Assembly (NCBI GenBank): GCA_051294375.1
Contig: CM119264.1
Coordinates: forward strand, 19,041,590-19,105,589
DNA from: Paraspadella gotoi
Taxonomy: Eukaryota > Animalia > Chaetognatha
DNA length: 64,000 bases
Direction of reading: 5' to 3'
The notes below the pieces were generated by a model. It was given only the letters and a program-made list of their open reading frames with translations, was not told where the DNA came from and did no database searches. Shown one piece after another: positions 13,887 to 28,200 of the stretch. The translations under genes and the position numbers were made by a program. Position 1 is the first letter of the stretch, and the number at the start of each line of letters is the position of its first letter.

Positions 13887-14215
13887 GGCAACAGCCGGGT
13901 TGCCTGTGATGCCCATTGGGATGGGGCATCTCACTGTTGGCTTTGGGGGCTTCCGACCCTCAGTGACGTCTCCAGTCACTGGCGCGGTTACCCTAGGACG
14001 GTCTCGCTTTGCCAACGCAGAGGGAAGTCGTTAGGACTGTGGATGGAACATTACGCCTGGGATGGTGTGTTCCCCCTCTGAGCCAATGTATTTGGCTGAC
14101 GGATGGTGGACGTGAGGCGGTGTGAATATACCGCCACACCAGATTAATTTTATCATCTGATCCCACGTTCCATATTTTGAACAACAATCGACCTTCCACT
14201 TTTAGCCTGTTGATT
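13887..14215 (+). ncRNA. Candidate structured non-coding RNA of unknown family
   Basis: GC-rich island almost fully covered by compatible helices, with G-U pairs favouring the + strand, followed by ATTTTGA and a terminal hairpin (details in findings). No diagnostic motif of 7SL, 7SK, RNase P/MRP or spliceosomal snRNAs was recognised. Confidence 0.4.
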
Positions 14216-15575
14216 TTCCTTTCGGCTTAAATTCTACTCAGCTCAGTCAGATCTTAGGCCAATTGCCACGTCAGAAGCAAACGAGGAAAATGAATAAGTC
14301 TTTTGACCCTTTTAATATCAATATCGCGGGGATTAAAAATATCGGTATAAGGTTCTAATGAAAGGAAGGATGGAACAAAAAATCTTTCCTTCTCAATTTT
14401 TATGACAATATTCAAACAAAAAGAAAAAAATATCATATTATAATAATATTTTTTATATATTATTATATTTATATTCAATATAACCTCAGGCGGTTTTTAT
14501 CTATGCATAATTTTATTTTAGTATTAAGCTAAACTCTATCAATAAATATTTACTTATACAAAGAAAATCGAAGTTGAAAATTTTTGTTTTAAAGCTGAAT
14601 TTTTTCATATCCCTCTTTCTTTTAATCCTCGCTATTTAGTATACTATTACTAATCATATGTATTACGCTCGAAATAGGCTCATTTCAATCAGGTCTATTT
14701 TTTTATTTCTAAATGAATAGCTGTAAAAATAACTAAAACTAGAAAAGGTTTCTGCGACTTATTCATTTTCCAAGAGGGTACTAGTAACCAAGAGCCATTT
14801 TTGATTAGTTTCGTCAATGTCGCAGATGGAACCCCCTGTTTGGTTCAAAGCACGTCGTCCTGAGATGTGTCACAGTCGTTGAGCTATGCAATATGCATAC
14901 CCATCCGTTGCCACTATAAAATTTATCATTCCAACTTAACCTCTATTTTCTCTCCTTTGCCCAATCTTCTTTCCATTTTAGTTATGGTGTTAGTATTAGC
15001 TTTATTCTCTCATTGACGAGAGGATCTTGTTATGAAAATCGGTTCCGAGACAAAACTCAGCTCAGTTACTGACAAACCATGGTCCAGTCTTCTTCCGATT
15101 TCGAAACGACTTCAACTTCCTCATTTTTTATCGAAAATTTTTTTTTTTCTTACTTTGAATTTTCCCACCTTTTTAAAACTTTTTTTAAAATTGTTTTGTA
15201 ATCAGTGATCTGACAAACTATATTTTTACTTATTATTGTTATATACGTTATCCAAATTTCCCTTCATCTTTTCTTCCCCCATCCTTTATCCTCTTTACAA
15301 TCGTTCTGTATTAAATTCGTCCTCACTCCTTCCCTCTTTCTTTCTTCTCTATCTCTCCCTTTGATCTTTCATATTTTTGCCCTTCTGCGTATCTCCCTTT
15401 CCTTTCGCCCGTTTCCTTTTTTCCTCCCTTCGCCGATTCCTCCCTTTTCTCCGCGACTAATCTCGCCGGTGATCTCTCCTTCCAACACGAGAACCAGCTC
15501 AGGTTTCTAATGGTTTACTAAAGACTTTTTTGAGCATGAAATCTAAAGGGCGGAGATCTAGAGACAGAGAGAGAG

Positions 15576-15620
<45 letters not shown>

Positions 15621-16512
15621 AGAGAGAGGAGAGAGAGAGATGAGGGGGGGGAATTGTGTGGGAGAAGAGAGAATGAGAAAAGAGGGAGAGAGAAATGGTA
15701 CCTTTGAAACATAAAGAACATTACAAAGCTGAGAAGAAAGACATAAAATCGAAATGCTGAGTGGAGAGAGAGAAACATCGAGAGCCGATACGCGAAGAGA
15801 AAGAGAGAGAGAGAGAGAGAGATAGAAGGATAATTAAAAAGCGAAGCTTCGACAATGGGAAGATAAAAAGATAATACATTCAGCGACGGGCCTCGGGGTC
15901 TGAACGGTTCATTGAAATCCAGTCGTGAGGAGAGAATCATCAGTCGAAAGCAAAAAACGATGGACCAAATTGGAGAGAATTCAAATATGCAAATGAGGAA
16001 GAAAAAAGGATACAAATGATGAACCCGAGGCGTAAAGATGTAGGAAGGGGGCGAGGTTGGGAGAGAGGAAGAGGAAGCAGGAATGTCGGACGGGATGAGA
16101 TGAGATATGAGATGAAAAAAAACGGGAGATGAGAGGAAGAGAGGAAAGATGAACGACGAGAGAGTGAAGAAAAAAAATACGGAGATAACGAAGACCAAAG
16201 GCAAAGAAGTAGAAAGCGCAAAATTAAAGACGCTGAAAGATGAAGAATAATGAGATGAAAGAAAGAAAGAAAACTAAGGAAAAAAAAAATAGGCGCGTAA
16301 TGAGGTGAGGGAAATCGAAGCGAAGTTCTTTTGTACGGAGGAAGAAGTCAACGGTATTAAGGGCATTAAAGAGATATTTTAGTCATGAAGTGTTGAAAGA
16401 AAAAGTGTGGAAAAGGAAAGAAAGAGGAAATCAACAAGATGCTAATTGATTAAACTACGAAAAACTCCGGAATAAAAGCTTTCACAACTTGTTTTCTTTC
16501 TTTTCCTTTCTA

Positions 16513-16547
<35 letters not shown>

Positions 16548-16802
16548 TATTTACTTATTTATTTCTTCCTTTTTTTCTTTTTTCTTCTTTATTTTTTCCC
16601 CTTTTCTTTTTTGACCAGACATTCGCATTTTTCATTAAAGTCCGTATTATTCTTCCAATATTTTCTATTTTCCCATTTTCTCTTTATGCGGACAAATTTT
16701 CTGCTTTAATTTTTCCTTTCTTTGTCTGTCTTGCGTGTCAGTGCGTCAAACAGGTAGAGAAAAGCCAAAGTTATCTCCATTTCTAGTCAACGACCTTCCT
16801 CC

Positions 16803-16847
<45 letters not shown>

Positions 16848-17662
16848 TCTCTCTCCCCAGTTGACTCCGCCAAGAGAACCATGAATTCTTCTGTTATGCT
16901 TTCATTATATTGAGAAGTTCTCTATGGAAAGGGCGACCGTTGTTTTTAGAGGGAATTCAGGTTATTCCGCTGAATTAGGAAAATGTTTTCCCTCCTTTTT
17001 CCTTTCCTCTTCTCGGCCGATCTGGAGAAGTCGTCCTCAGCTCTGTCTCGAAGATAAGTGGAATTTGCGCGTTCAGTGTCAGCAAGTTATTATCAGCGAA
17101 GAGAGAGGGGGGACGGAGTGGGGACAGTCGGAAACGAATTTGAGATGAATTTCCGGAGTTTGTGGAGAAGGATCTTTGTCTCTGTCTCTCAGCGACTCTG
17201 TCTCCCCATTGCCTCTTTTTTCTTTCTTCTCTAAACGATTTCTATACGCTCCATTTACCAGTATAACGGAATGCTTGGGGCAAGGGAATTAATTATTACT
17301 TTGAGCGGACAACAAACAGAGAGCGCCCGTTCCAACTATCGCAATCTTTTTCTCACTTTCTTTTTTTTTTATTTGTCTGGTTGTTCTTTCTTTTTCCCAG
17401 CCACCTTCCGTTGGACGTCGGAAACTCTGTTCCTTTCCTATTATTTACGATTTTGTTCTTTTTTTTTCTTGCGCGTTTGTTGACTTCCACCGTCGTCCAC
17501 CGGGTGTCTCCAGGTGCGACTTTGAATGTCTAATGAAGACAAAGGAACAGTTAGGGAGAGGGTGAGACGACAGAGAGAGATGAGAAAGAAAAGAGGAGAG
17601 CAGAGAGAGAGCGCAGAGGAGAGAAGAGGACGGGAGATGAAGGAGAGAGATGAGAGAGCAGG

Positions 17663-17696
<34 letters not shown>

Positions 17697-18093
17697 TCAG
17701 CTTTTTTTTATCTGGTTGCTTAATCGAAAATTGATTCGTTCACCAGTGTGAGCCGACAACGGTCTCACGTTTCGTGATCCCTTCCCCGATTCGATTGACC
17801 TCCTTACCCAGCGCATTTGATCCCTCGCCGTTTTGAGTGATCCCTTGACCAATTTATTTCCCTTATTTACCTTTCAAAGGAACTTTTCCTTATTCAAACT
17901 ATTTTATCCTAGAAACTTTCTTCTTCGCTATTTTTCCTTATGACGTTACTATAATTCTTCATTAATTTTTTGAAGGCAATTGTTGAGCAATCTCTTGTTC
18001 CAACTGCTCTGGCAGACGTCACCGACGTCGGATGATTCTCCTCAACAAAGATCCCGGATTCCATTGCCAAGCCAGATTCCATTGCTCAGGCTT

Positions 18094-18480
18094 CATCGAC
18101 ATTTAATCTTTCTCTCATCTCACTACGATGGCCGCTTTGATGGAAGTCACATTCGCGTCCCAGGAGCCTTTTATATTCTGTCCATATCATTATCGTGAGA
18201 GTCCCTTGGCAAAAAAAAAAATGTTTTATATGCGAATACACAATCGACTTCCTCTCCCACGTTTAATGCTTCATTTCATTATTTTTGACGTCGAACTCCT
18301 GGACTCCTTTGAATTTTATCATAATGACGCCTCGATGGCAATCACACCCGCATTTTCCGTCTGCGTTTCGACTTTAATTTTTATTAGGATGCCATCCTGG
18401 ATGGAAATCACCCTCGTGTCCCATCGACATTTCATCTTCCCCTCATTTCGCTACAATGCAACCTGATGGCCCTGGATTCT
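18094..18480. repeat. Degenerate ~65-bp tandem repeat
   Basis: GATGG-initiated units at 18139, 18334, 18400, 18465 (spacing 195, 66, 65); CATCGACATTT.ATCTT recurs at 18094 and 18422. Confidence 0.55.
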
Positions 18481-18722
18481 CGCGTTGATGAGGTAGCGAC
18501 TCTCTCCCTCGGGAGAAAAGGGAGGGAGACGGGACCGGAGGAGGAAAGAACCCATTGTTCCCTTTCCCGCACGATGAACAAAGAGAGAGAGAGAGAGAGA
18601 AGGGAGAGAGAGAGAGAGAGAGAGAGAGAATTTACAAAGAAGGAAGACACGATTTTTTAAAGGATGGGACGGAAGGAGGATGTGATTTGATTGTGCAGAT
18701 GCGGCAATAAAACGATCATACT

Positions 18723-18759
<37 letters not shown>

Positions 18760-19962
18760 TCTCTCCTTCCCCAGACTTTTTCCTTCAGTTTCATTTTCTC
18801 TATTTACGATTTCCTCAATATCCCTCCTCAAGTATTAGACGAACCGTCGTTTTCGAGTAGTAAATGTCTTTTAAATACGTTAAAACTCGATTTCTCTTAG
18901 AGACATTAACTTATATTTATCCTTCCACCCAAATTGAAAATAATTTTCGATAATCTTAAAAAACCCATGAAAACTCTGTCTTAGAACAGGAATATTTTTA
19001 CCATTATAAAAGCATCATTTTACTTTTATTCGTCAAATCTGGCGCAAAAAGTCGTGTTTACTACTCGGAGATTCCCAGAGTCGTTTTACTTGGCGTTTCG
19101 TTGTCGTCTGCTTTTTTTTCTTGTTGTTTTTCGCCGAGCGCGATTCCACCCTGTCGTTCTCCTTCCTTCCCCCCCTCTTCCCCCGGATGCCGATCCTCCT
19201 CCATCCGCCTCCTCCTCCTCCTCTCTTCCTCTTTCTCTTCCTCTTCCTCTCTTCCTCTTCCTTCTCATCCTCTCCAGGGACTAAAAACTCAATCAGAGAA
19301 AGGTGCCAACCGACATCGACCTTCTTCGCGGAAGCGTGGGGAGAGGGTCGAGGGCGCTGGCAGAGGCGGGGGAGGGTGGCGTTGTGGCGGTGGTTGAGGT
19401 GGTGGTTAAAGGTGGAAACAGGAGAGGAATCCTATATTGTCGTTTTGATAATCTAATCTATTTGCAACATCAACAGCGCTGTTGCAGATGGAGGGAAATC
19501 TTGACAAAAATTGACCTGAACTAATTACGGACAGAGCCGAAGGAAAAGCGGAAAACAAAAAGGAAAAGAAGACGGTGGCGCTGCGGATGGAAAAGGCGAG
19601 GGAAGCAGAGAGATTGGCCTGGGAGTAGCAGATGATGGTGGCCCGTGACCGCGTGACCGGTTTGTTTAAAAAAGTGATTTTTTTTCGGGCGGAAGTTTGC
19701 CACCACCGGAGTCGACGACAGGAGAGAAGAGAGAGAGAGAGAGACGAGAGAGAGGAGAGAGAGACGAGAAGAGATAGAGAGAGACGAGAGAGGAGAAGAG
19801 AGAGAGAGAGAAAGGAGGGTAAAAGATTGCTGATGCCACTTCGATAGTGGTGTCTCAATTCTCTCACCAGCGGTGCCGATATCTTTACAAAACAGGACTC
19901 AGTCTTTTCTATTCAAGGTCTCACTTTCTCGCCGATCTTTTCGTCTCTCTTCTCTCTCTCCT

Positions 19963-20009
<47 letters not shown>

Positions 20010-20189
20010 ACTCTCTCTCTCTCTCCACTTTGACTTTCCTGCTGCACATTCTTCGAATTTTTCGTTTCTTTGCGACTTTATTTCATACTAATTTTTTTAC
20101 ATCATTTATAATTTGTCTCTCTCGTATCTTTCTCTCTCATCTCTCTTTCTCTCTCTTTCTCTTTCTCTCTCTTCTCTCTTTCTCTCTCT

Positions 20190-20255
<66 letters not shown>

Positions 20256-20392
20256 CTCTCTCTCTCTCTTTCTCGCTATGATCCCTCCTGGAATTCCGAC
20301 ACCGCTACTCGTCTCCTCGTTCATTACGAGCGATCGACTCAACCCCTCCCCCCTCGCCCCCCCTTCACCTCCCTCTTCCGCCTTTTTAAAAG

Positions 20393-21793
<1,401 letters not shown>

Positions 21794-22188
21794 GAAAAAT
21801 ATGGGTACGATTTCGATTGTAACGAAAAGCTAAACAACGACCCTTTCGTCATCAAGCCCGGGAGAAGAAGAAAAAAGAAGAAGAAGAAGCCTTACCCTTT
21901 TCATTGCCGCTTTCAATAACGAATTCGCGTGTTAATAACGATGAAAAATAAAAATAATTATCAGAAAATTGTTCTACGATAGGACATCACCGTTTGACAA
22001 TGCATTTTAATTGAATGTTTTTATAATTACCGTCTAAGTTAAGTAATATTCGCGTTCGTGTAAAAAGAAAATAAATTCTCCCTCTTGCATATTTTCTCTT
22101 CGCGCATAAACATTTCCCGTAGAGCTTTCCGTTGGAGAAATACGATTCCTCTTCCATTCATTCGGATTCTACATTCATTCTCTCTCTT

Positions 22189-22294
<106 letters not shown>

Positions 22295-23968
22295 AAATGT
22301 ACATAAAAAGAGAAAAAAAACTGTGTCGATGCTAACTTTATTAACCTTCCTTCCGTTGATTGGCTCACTTTTGTCTGATTATGATTCTTATCACTTTATC
22401 ACCTCTGTCATTAAAACAATTGGGTGTTCCATACCTTTATTTTTTACAACATATTCAAAAGTAGTCAAAGCTAGTTTTATTCGTCTGCGAGAGACTTTAA
22501 CGACGATGCGAAGATTAAAGAGTGAATTTAAAAAGAACTTCATGTTAAATAAACTTTATCGTAAAAACCAAATTGATCATGTTTGAACAACATAATGTGA
22601 CTGAAAATAGCTAGACGGTTTTTCTTTCCTTATTATTTTGATAATTACACTTATTGTTGACAAAACAAAATCCCACAAGTCACTTTTTGAGTTTTAACGA
22701 TTTAACCAGAAAATCAATATTTTTGGTGGTTAAAGAAAGACCTTGACATTTGTTCAATAAAAAAATGTTGTTTTAACTTTTAAGCATAAAAAACTCTTGA
22801 GTCTGAATAAGGGAAGAAGAAGAAATATAAGCTTAAAAATTGTGAGGTTGTGAATGAAGTAGATTCCACGGTTCACTAATGTAAGCTTTTTATAACCAAA
22901 AATATTTGTATCAATTTTACCACTGATTCAAATATTTTTTATGAGAATTTTTAATAAACAAAATAATAGGTTTGAGAAGTTATTATTATTCTTGGAGAAT
23001 CCACTTGCGAAGTAAAACTGATATTTTGAGTAACTCAAAAGGTGACATAAAAAACGCAAAAGAGAAAATGTGGGAGTCGCTGGAAGTGAGTCGCAGAGAG
23101 ACCGCAGAGACCGCAGAAAAGATCCTCCATTAGAATTACTGCCTTTCGTCATAATGTTGTCTTCTCATTAGCGAGCTTGGACTTTCTGTAAATATTTTAT
23201 GTCGTGATATTAAATAAAAAATCAAATTACTCTTTGAAAATGTAACAAAAAGATATTTTACTTTTTTGAGATAATTCAACGTTTTTTTAGATAGGGATAA
23301 CTCACATTCGATGTTTTTTAAAAAAGTCATATGAAAAAGGAAGTTAATAACTCTTAAAACTAAGATTTTGCTTTTTGATTAGCTGAGATTCCTTAATTAG
23401 TTATTGGGAAAAAAGGAGCCGTTTTTCTATAGGTCGTTGTTGGTAGCGCTGTTGTCGAGCCGGCAGAGACCTTCCTCGCTCTTTGAAACTCATTTATTTT
23501 ACAACGAATAATAAAAATGATAATGCTTGGTATATAATGTCAAGTGAATTGCTTGATTATGGGGCTTGAGAAGATGAAAAAGGGGAACTTTGAACTAAAA
23601 AAATTGGGGGAATTGAAGTTGATTTGGACATTTTGAAAAATATACAAAGAAAAACGTAAAAACAGATGGTGTTATTAACTGAGAGACTTCAAAGTCGTCG
23701 CCTTTTTTGAGTCTTTTAAAAAATGCTAGTACGTAAATTGAGGATTTGGCATTAATGGTAAGAACCATCTTCTTTGAAAAGTTCAGAAGGTGAGATGGGA
23801 GTTTAGTCTATTGAAATTGGGAAAGACCTTTGGAGAAGAAGCTCACAACGAAATTAGAATCGAACTTCGAATCTGAAGGTGAATCACTTTTGAAAAGGTC
23901 ACCACACTTAAAAGAAGGTCTTCCACTAATTGGATGACTTCATGGAGAGAAAGGAGGTAAAGACAAAG

Positions 23969-24031
<63 letters not shown>

Positions 24032-25083
24032 TGTTTGACTGTAACTCAACATTAAAAAATAAAACATTAATAAATAGTTTTAAAGTAAACTAAAAATAGT
24101 CTCTTAACGACTTTTCGTCAGTTCCAGAGAGACCCAAGTGACGAAGAATTTTCCTGCCACAATAAAATTACTACTAAATCCAATAGCCTTCTCCGACTTC
24201 CCAGTGTTTCCAACCTCTACCTTTAATTTTCTCTCCTCGATCCCCACTCTCTAATGGAGAATGTCCAATCCCCTCTTAGTATCAATTCCGAATTCCAATC
24301 CCTTCTATTTGATCCTTCCTTCTACGATCCGCTTCCCACAATTCCTTGCCCCCGACCGCCTCTCTCCCATCCCCTCTCGGAAATCGCTTCTCCCCAATCC
24401 CATTTCACTAATCCCTTTCCGTCCGATCGTCTCCCTCTGATCCCCACCCTCCAATCCCTTCCATTCTTTCAATCCCCACCCTCTAATCCCCAGTCTCCAA
24501 TCCCTTCCCCGCAATCCCTTCCCTTCGATCGCCTCTGGGCGCCGGATTCAATTTGTTTCGCTCTTTTGGCGACGCGCGTAAATTTTTGGGTTCGTTTCCT
24601 CCCGGATTTTACGAGGACGGGGCGCCGTTTAAAAGCGGATATCCAGTGGAGAGAAGAGGGAACGCCTTTTTAAAAGGAAATATATAGACTGAAGTGAGAA
24701 GGGGTACCGTTCAACAGTGGCTATCTGGTAGATAAGAACGAAGATAGAATATCTATCTTATTGTTGGCATAGGGCAGGATTTAGCTGTAGGGGAGTAAAC
24801 TTCGGACCTATACTGTATAAAGTTTTTATTTTTTATTTAAAATTATGAAAAAATAACTTTGGTTTCGTACTCGAGGATTCGTTTTTGTTCAAATGGGAAA
24901 TGTTTGTTGAAACTATTTAACGAGAGGAGAGAAGGCAAGAGAGGAAGGGTCGACTTACACGACAGCCATTTAGAAGCAAAAAAGGCACTTGTGGTCGTTA
25001 CAGTTGTTGTTATTGTCGTTGTTGTTGTTTTTGAGGCATTTTTAAGGGTTTACATCGATGGATAACCACGCAATAACTACAAT

Positions 25084-25096
25084 GTCCCAGGGAAAC
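25084..25096. promoter_or_regulatory. X-box-like (RFX) motif upstream of the ciliary gene TTC30
   Basis: GTCCCAGGGAAAC ~200 nt before the ATG is an imperfect match to GTNNCCATGGNAAC; IFT genes are established RFX targets. Confidence 0.3.
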
Positions 25097-25288
25097 CATA
25101 AATTTTAATCGATTGCTAATCTCATTAATTTTGAGTTAAAATATCGCTCCCTGTTTGCATTTCGCCTTTCCCCTGATCACCGCTTACGTGAAACCTTCAA
25201 TCGAGGGAAAATTATCCAATAAATTCTCTATGTAGAATTCTACTTAACTTTAGTCTTTGTCTTTTTCTTCTCGAAATTGAACAGAATC

Positions 25289-28200
25289 ATGAATTCTGAC
25301 GGCAGCCCTCTAAAAGCGAAAACGTTTAACAACGCCCCACCGGTCGGTACGTGGACTGAGAGAAAAATTAATGTAAAAAAACTGAAGAAAGAAACAATTT
25401 TCAAAGAATTTACTTATAAAAAAAAGACAGTTAATGCATGGATTAATATAAAAATGAATAAACGTCCGTCATAACCAATCAGGCGAAGTAAGAGACGGGG
25501 GCCTGACTCGTACCGTCTACGGCCTGATCCGCGATCATCGATTTCCCGACGCCGTCGAATTATTGGAAGAGAAGCTCGTTTGGTATCCGACGTCGAGGGC
25601 GGCGCTCGCCTTGCTGGGGTTCTGCCATTTTCAGGTTATGAGCCGCTTCATTTATAACCACTTACAACCACCTCCAACTTCTTTCCCAAAACGCCCCGTT
25701 CATAATTCATAATTCAATATTCATAATCCCTAAATTAATACTTAAATTTAACCATTATTTTTAATCACTAACCTTAAACCGTAATCCTTAACCCTCATAA
25801 TTACTAACTTATTCCGAGCCTAATCTCTATCCCTAATCCGTAACTTATAACCTAATCTTTGAACCTGAAAATTAACTTAATTCCCAATTAAAGATTAAAT
25901 GGGATGTTTTGGGAAAATAAGGGGGGGGGAGTTGTACCTGAGATTTCGATATTTTGTGAGGTCTTTTCCTACATCCTTTAACTTTTGTTGCTGCTAATTT
26001 CATTCATAGCCCGTGCTAAAGCACGTCCCTGGATCCTCCGTCCCCTTCTCTCTCCTCAGCTGCAAGACTTTGCGTCAGCAGCGGACGCTTACAAACAGAT
26101 CGTCGAACACTACCCAGAGTTGGAGCAGTACAAAGTCCACCAGGCGCAGTGCCTCTTCAAGGGGGGGATGTCCGCCGAGGCATCAAAGGTTAAACCGGTT
26201 GACGGGGATTCGGATAAAATGAGTGAAAGGTTTTCTCGCTTCTCGCAGGTTCTGACGACCATAAAGTCGGAGGCGTATTCTCAGGACGTCCTCAAACTGA
26301 AAGCGGCGATCAGGTGAGGTCATCATTCAGATTAAAACCCATCACTCTTGAATTGATTCATACTCGAAAGAAAAGTGTAAAGTGCTCGCTTACCTCTTAA
26401 AACTTTCAGTCAACCCTTTTCAGATATCAGGAAGACGATTACACCGGGGCGCAACACTGTCTTTCCGAAATCAAAGAGGACGACCTACAAAAGCAAGTCA
26501 ATCTCGCCATCATGACCTTTCAGGTACCGGTAAACTTTAGAAAGGTCAAAGTAAATCGTAACTATAATTCATTTACTTTAATAATTAATGTCGACAGGAC
26601 GGCAAATATCAAGAGGCGGCTGACAAGCTGATCCGATGCCTTCGACTAGCTTCGTGGGACGCGCAGATCGCCTACACCATCGCCCTCTGCTTTTATCGAA
26701 TGCACGAAAACAAGGTGAGGTCGAAAGGACGCGATGGCTGAAGTGAACGTCAACGACGACGACGGTGACGACGACGACGACGACGAGTCGACGACGACGA
26801 CGAAGCCGGCCGTAGCTTACGAGGACGATGACATTAGAGATGCAAATGACAACGTTCTATTTAGCATGGGCGCAAACAAATTCAATTGATTTGCGAACGA
26901 TGCCGATAAAAACAAAAATGACGCTACGACGACGACGATGAAAACGACGACGATGAAGACGACGACGATGATAAGCTCATTGGTCGAATCGCAATGATCA
27001 CAACGAGTAAAAGGAAGGCGCATCAACGACGTCAAATACGACGAAGAAAAAGAAAACGAGTAAGCAACAGTTACCGCGGATTCGCCGCGGGTGGCGAAAC
27101 GATGAGAATCAGGAGTTTTTAAAGAAAAGGTTAAGAGTTCGCGCCCGCAACTTCCGTTTTTTTTCGGAGCAAAAAGGTTGGCTAACGATTCGTGGGCGGG
27201 TCGCGTCGAGAAAGGAGATGAATGGCATTGATTTAGATGGCGCTCTAATAATACAAACAAAACGACACAACGAATTTGAATAAAACAAGAATGTTATCCC
27301 ACGCCTGCAAGTCAGTTCTTATTATTCCAAACGCAGGAATGCGCCAAGTACTGCAACGAAATCGTTCAAAGAGGAATTAAGGCTCACCCGGAATTTCTAG
27401 TCGGAACCGTCACGGAGGGACTGGGTAAGTACAATGCAAAAATGGTAAGTCAATTTTAAAACTTGTTTGGATTCCCCGGATCAAAGGTGAGTTCCAAACC
27501 GTCTCCAACACTTTCGCTCTCCAAAAGTCCGCTCTGGTCGAAGCCTTCAATCTCAAAGTAGAAAAAAAATCTGAATCGCGGATTTAAAAATGACGACGTC
27601 GACGACAACAACAACAAAATAAAGAATGTTTCAGGCGGCCTTGGATTTTCGCTACGGGCGAATCAAGGAGGCGCAGGCGTCGTTGACCGACATGCCGCCA
27701 AGAAAGGAGGAAGAGATTGATCCCGTTACTCTACACAACCAGGTCGATATAGTTGTTTTCGTTGTAGTTGTTGTCATTGACTTTCGCTTTTCTACATTTT
27801 TTTTCACAAAGAGAAAAAGTCGCGGCGTGTCGTGTTTGTCATCGTTGTCAGCATTAGCGTCACCATTCGTTTAATCAACACCCATAAATCTGGCTGTGGC
27901 GTCGTCGTCGTCGCTTTCGTCGTCGTCGTCGTCCTTCGAGACATTGATCCGGAAAAATGAAGTCGGTGATCATAAGGAGGAATCGGGATGAAAGGGTCGT
28001 TGTCGTCGTCGTCGTCGTCGCCATTTTCGGTCGTCGTCGTCGTTGACCGGAAAATAAAGGAGAGAGTGTTGACCTCGAAAGGGGATCGCAATCGAGGTTT
28101 TATGGTCTTTGTCGTTGACGCCGTCGTCTTCGTATTCGTCTTTATTGACGTCGTCGCCCTGAATTTCAACGTCGTCGTCGTCGTCGTCGTCGTCGTCGTT

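Noticed and set aside
13887-14215. Assignment of the structured island to 7SL, telomerase RNA or a hammerhead ribozyme
   Set aside because: No SRP helix-8 motif, no CTAACCCT template nearby (only a P6.1-like 4-bp hairpin), and no CTGANGA/GAAA core.
19276-19400. Possible upstream ARHGAP39 exon after a pyrimidine tract (GLKTQSEKGANR...)
   Set aside because: No frame matches the expected MyTH4 C-terminal sequence; the pyrimidine tract is a microsatellite.
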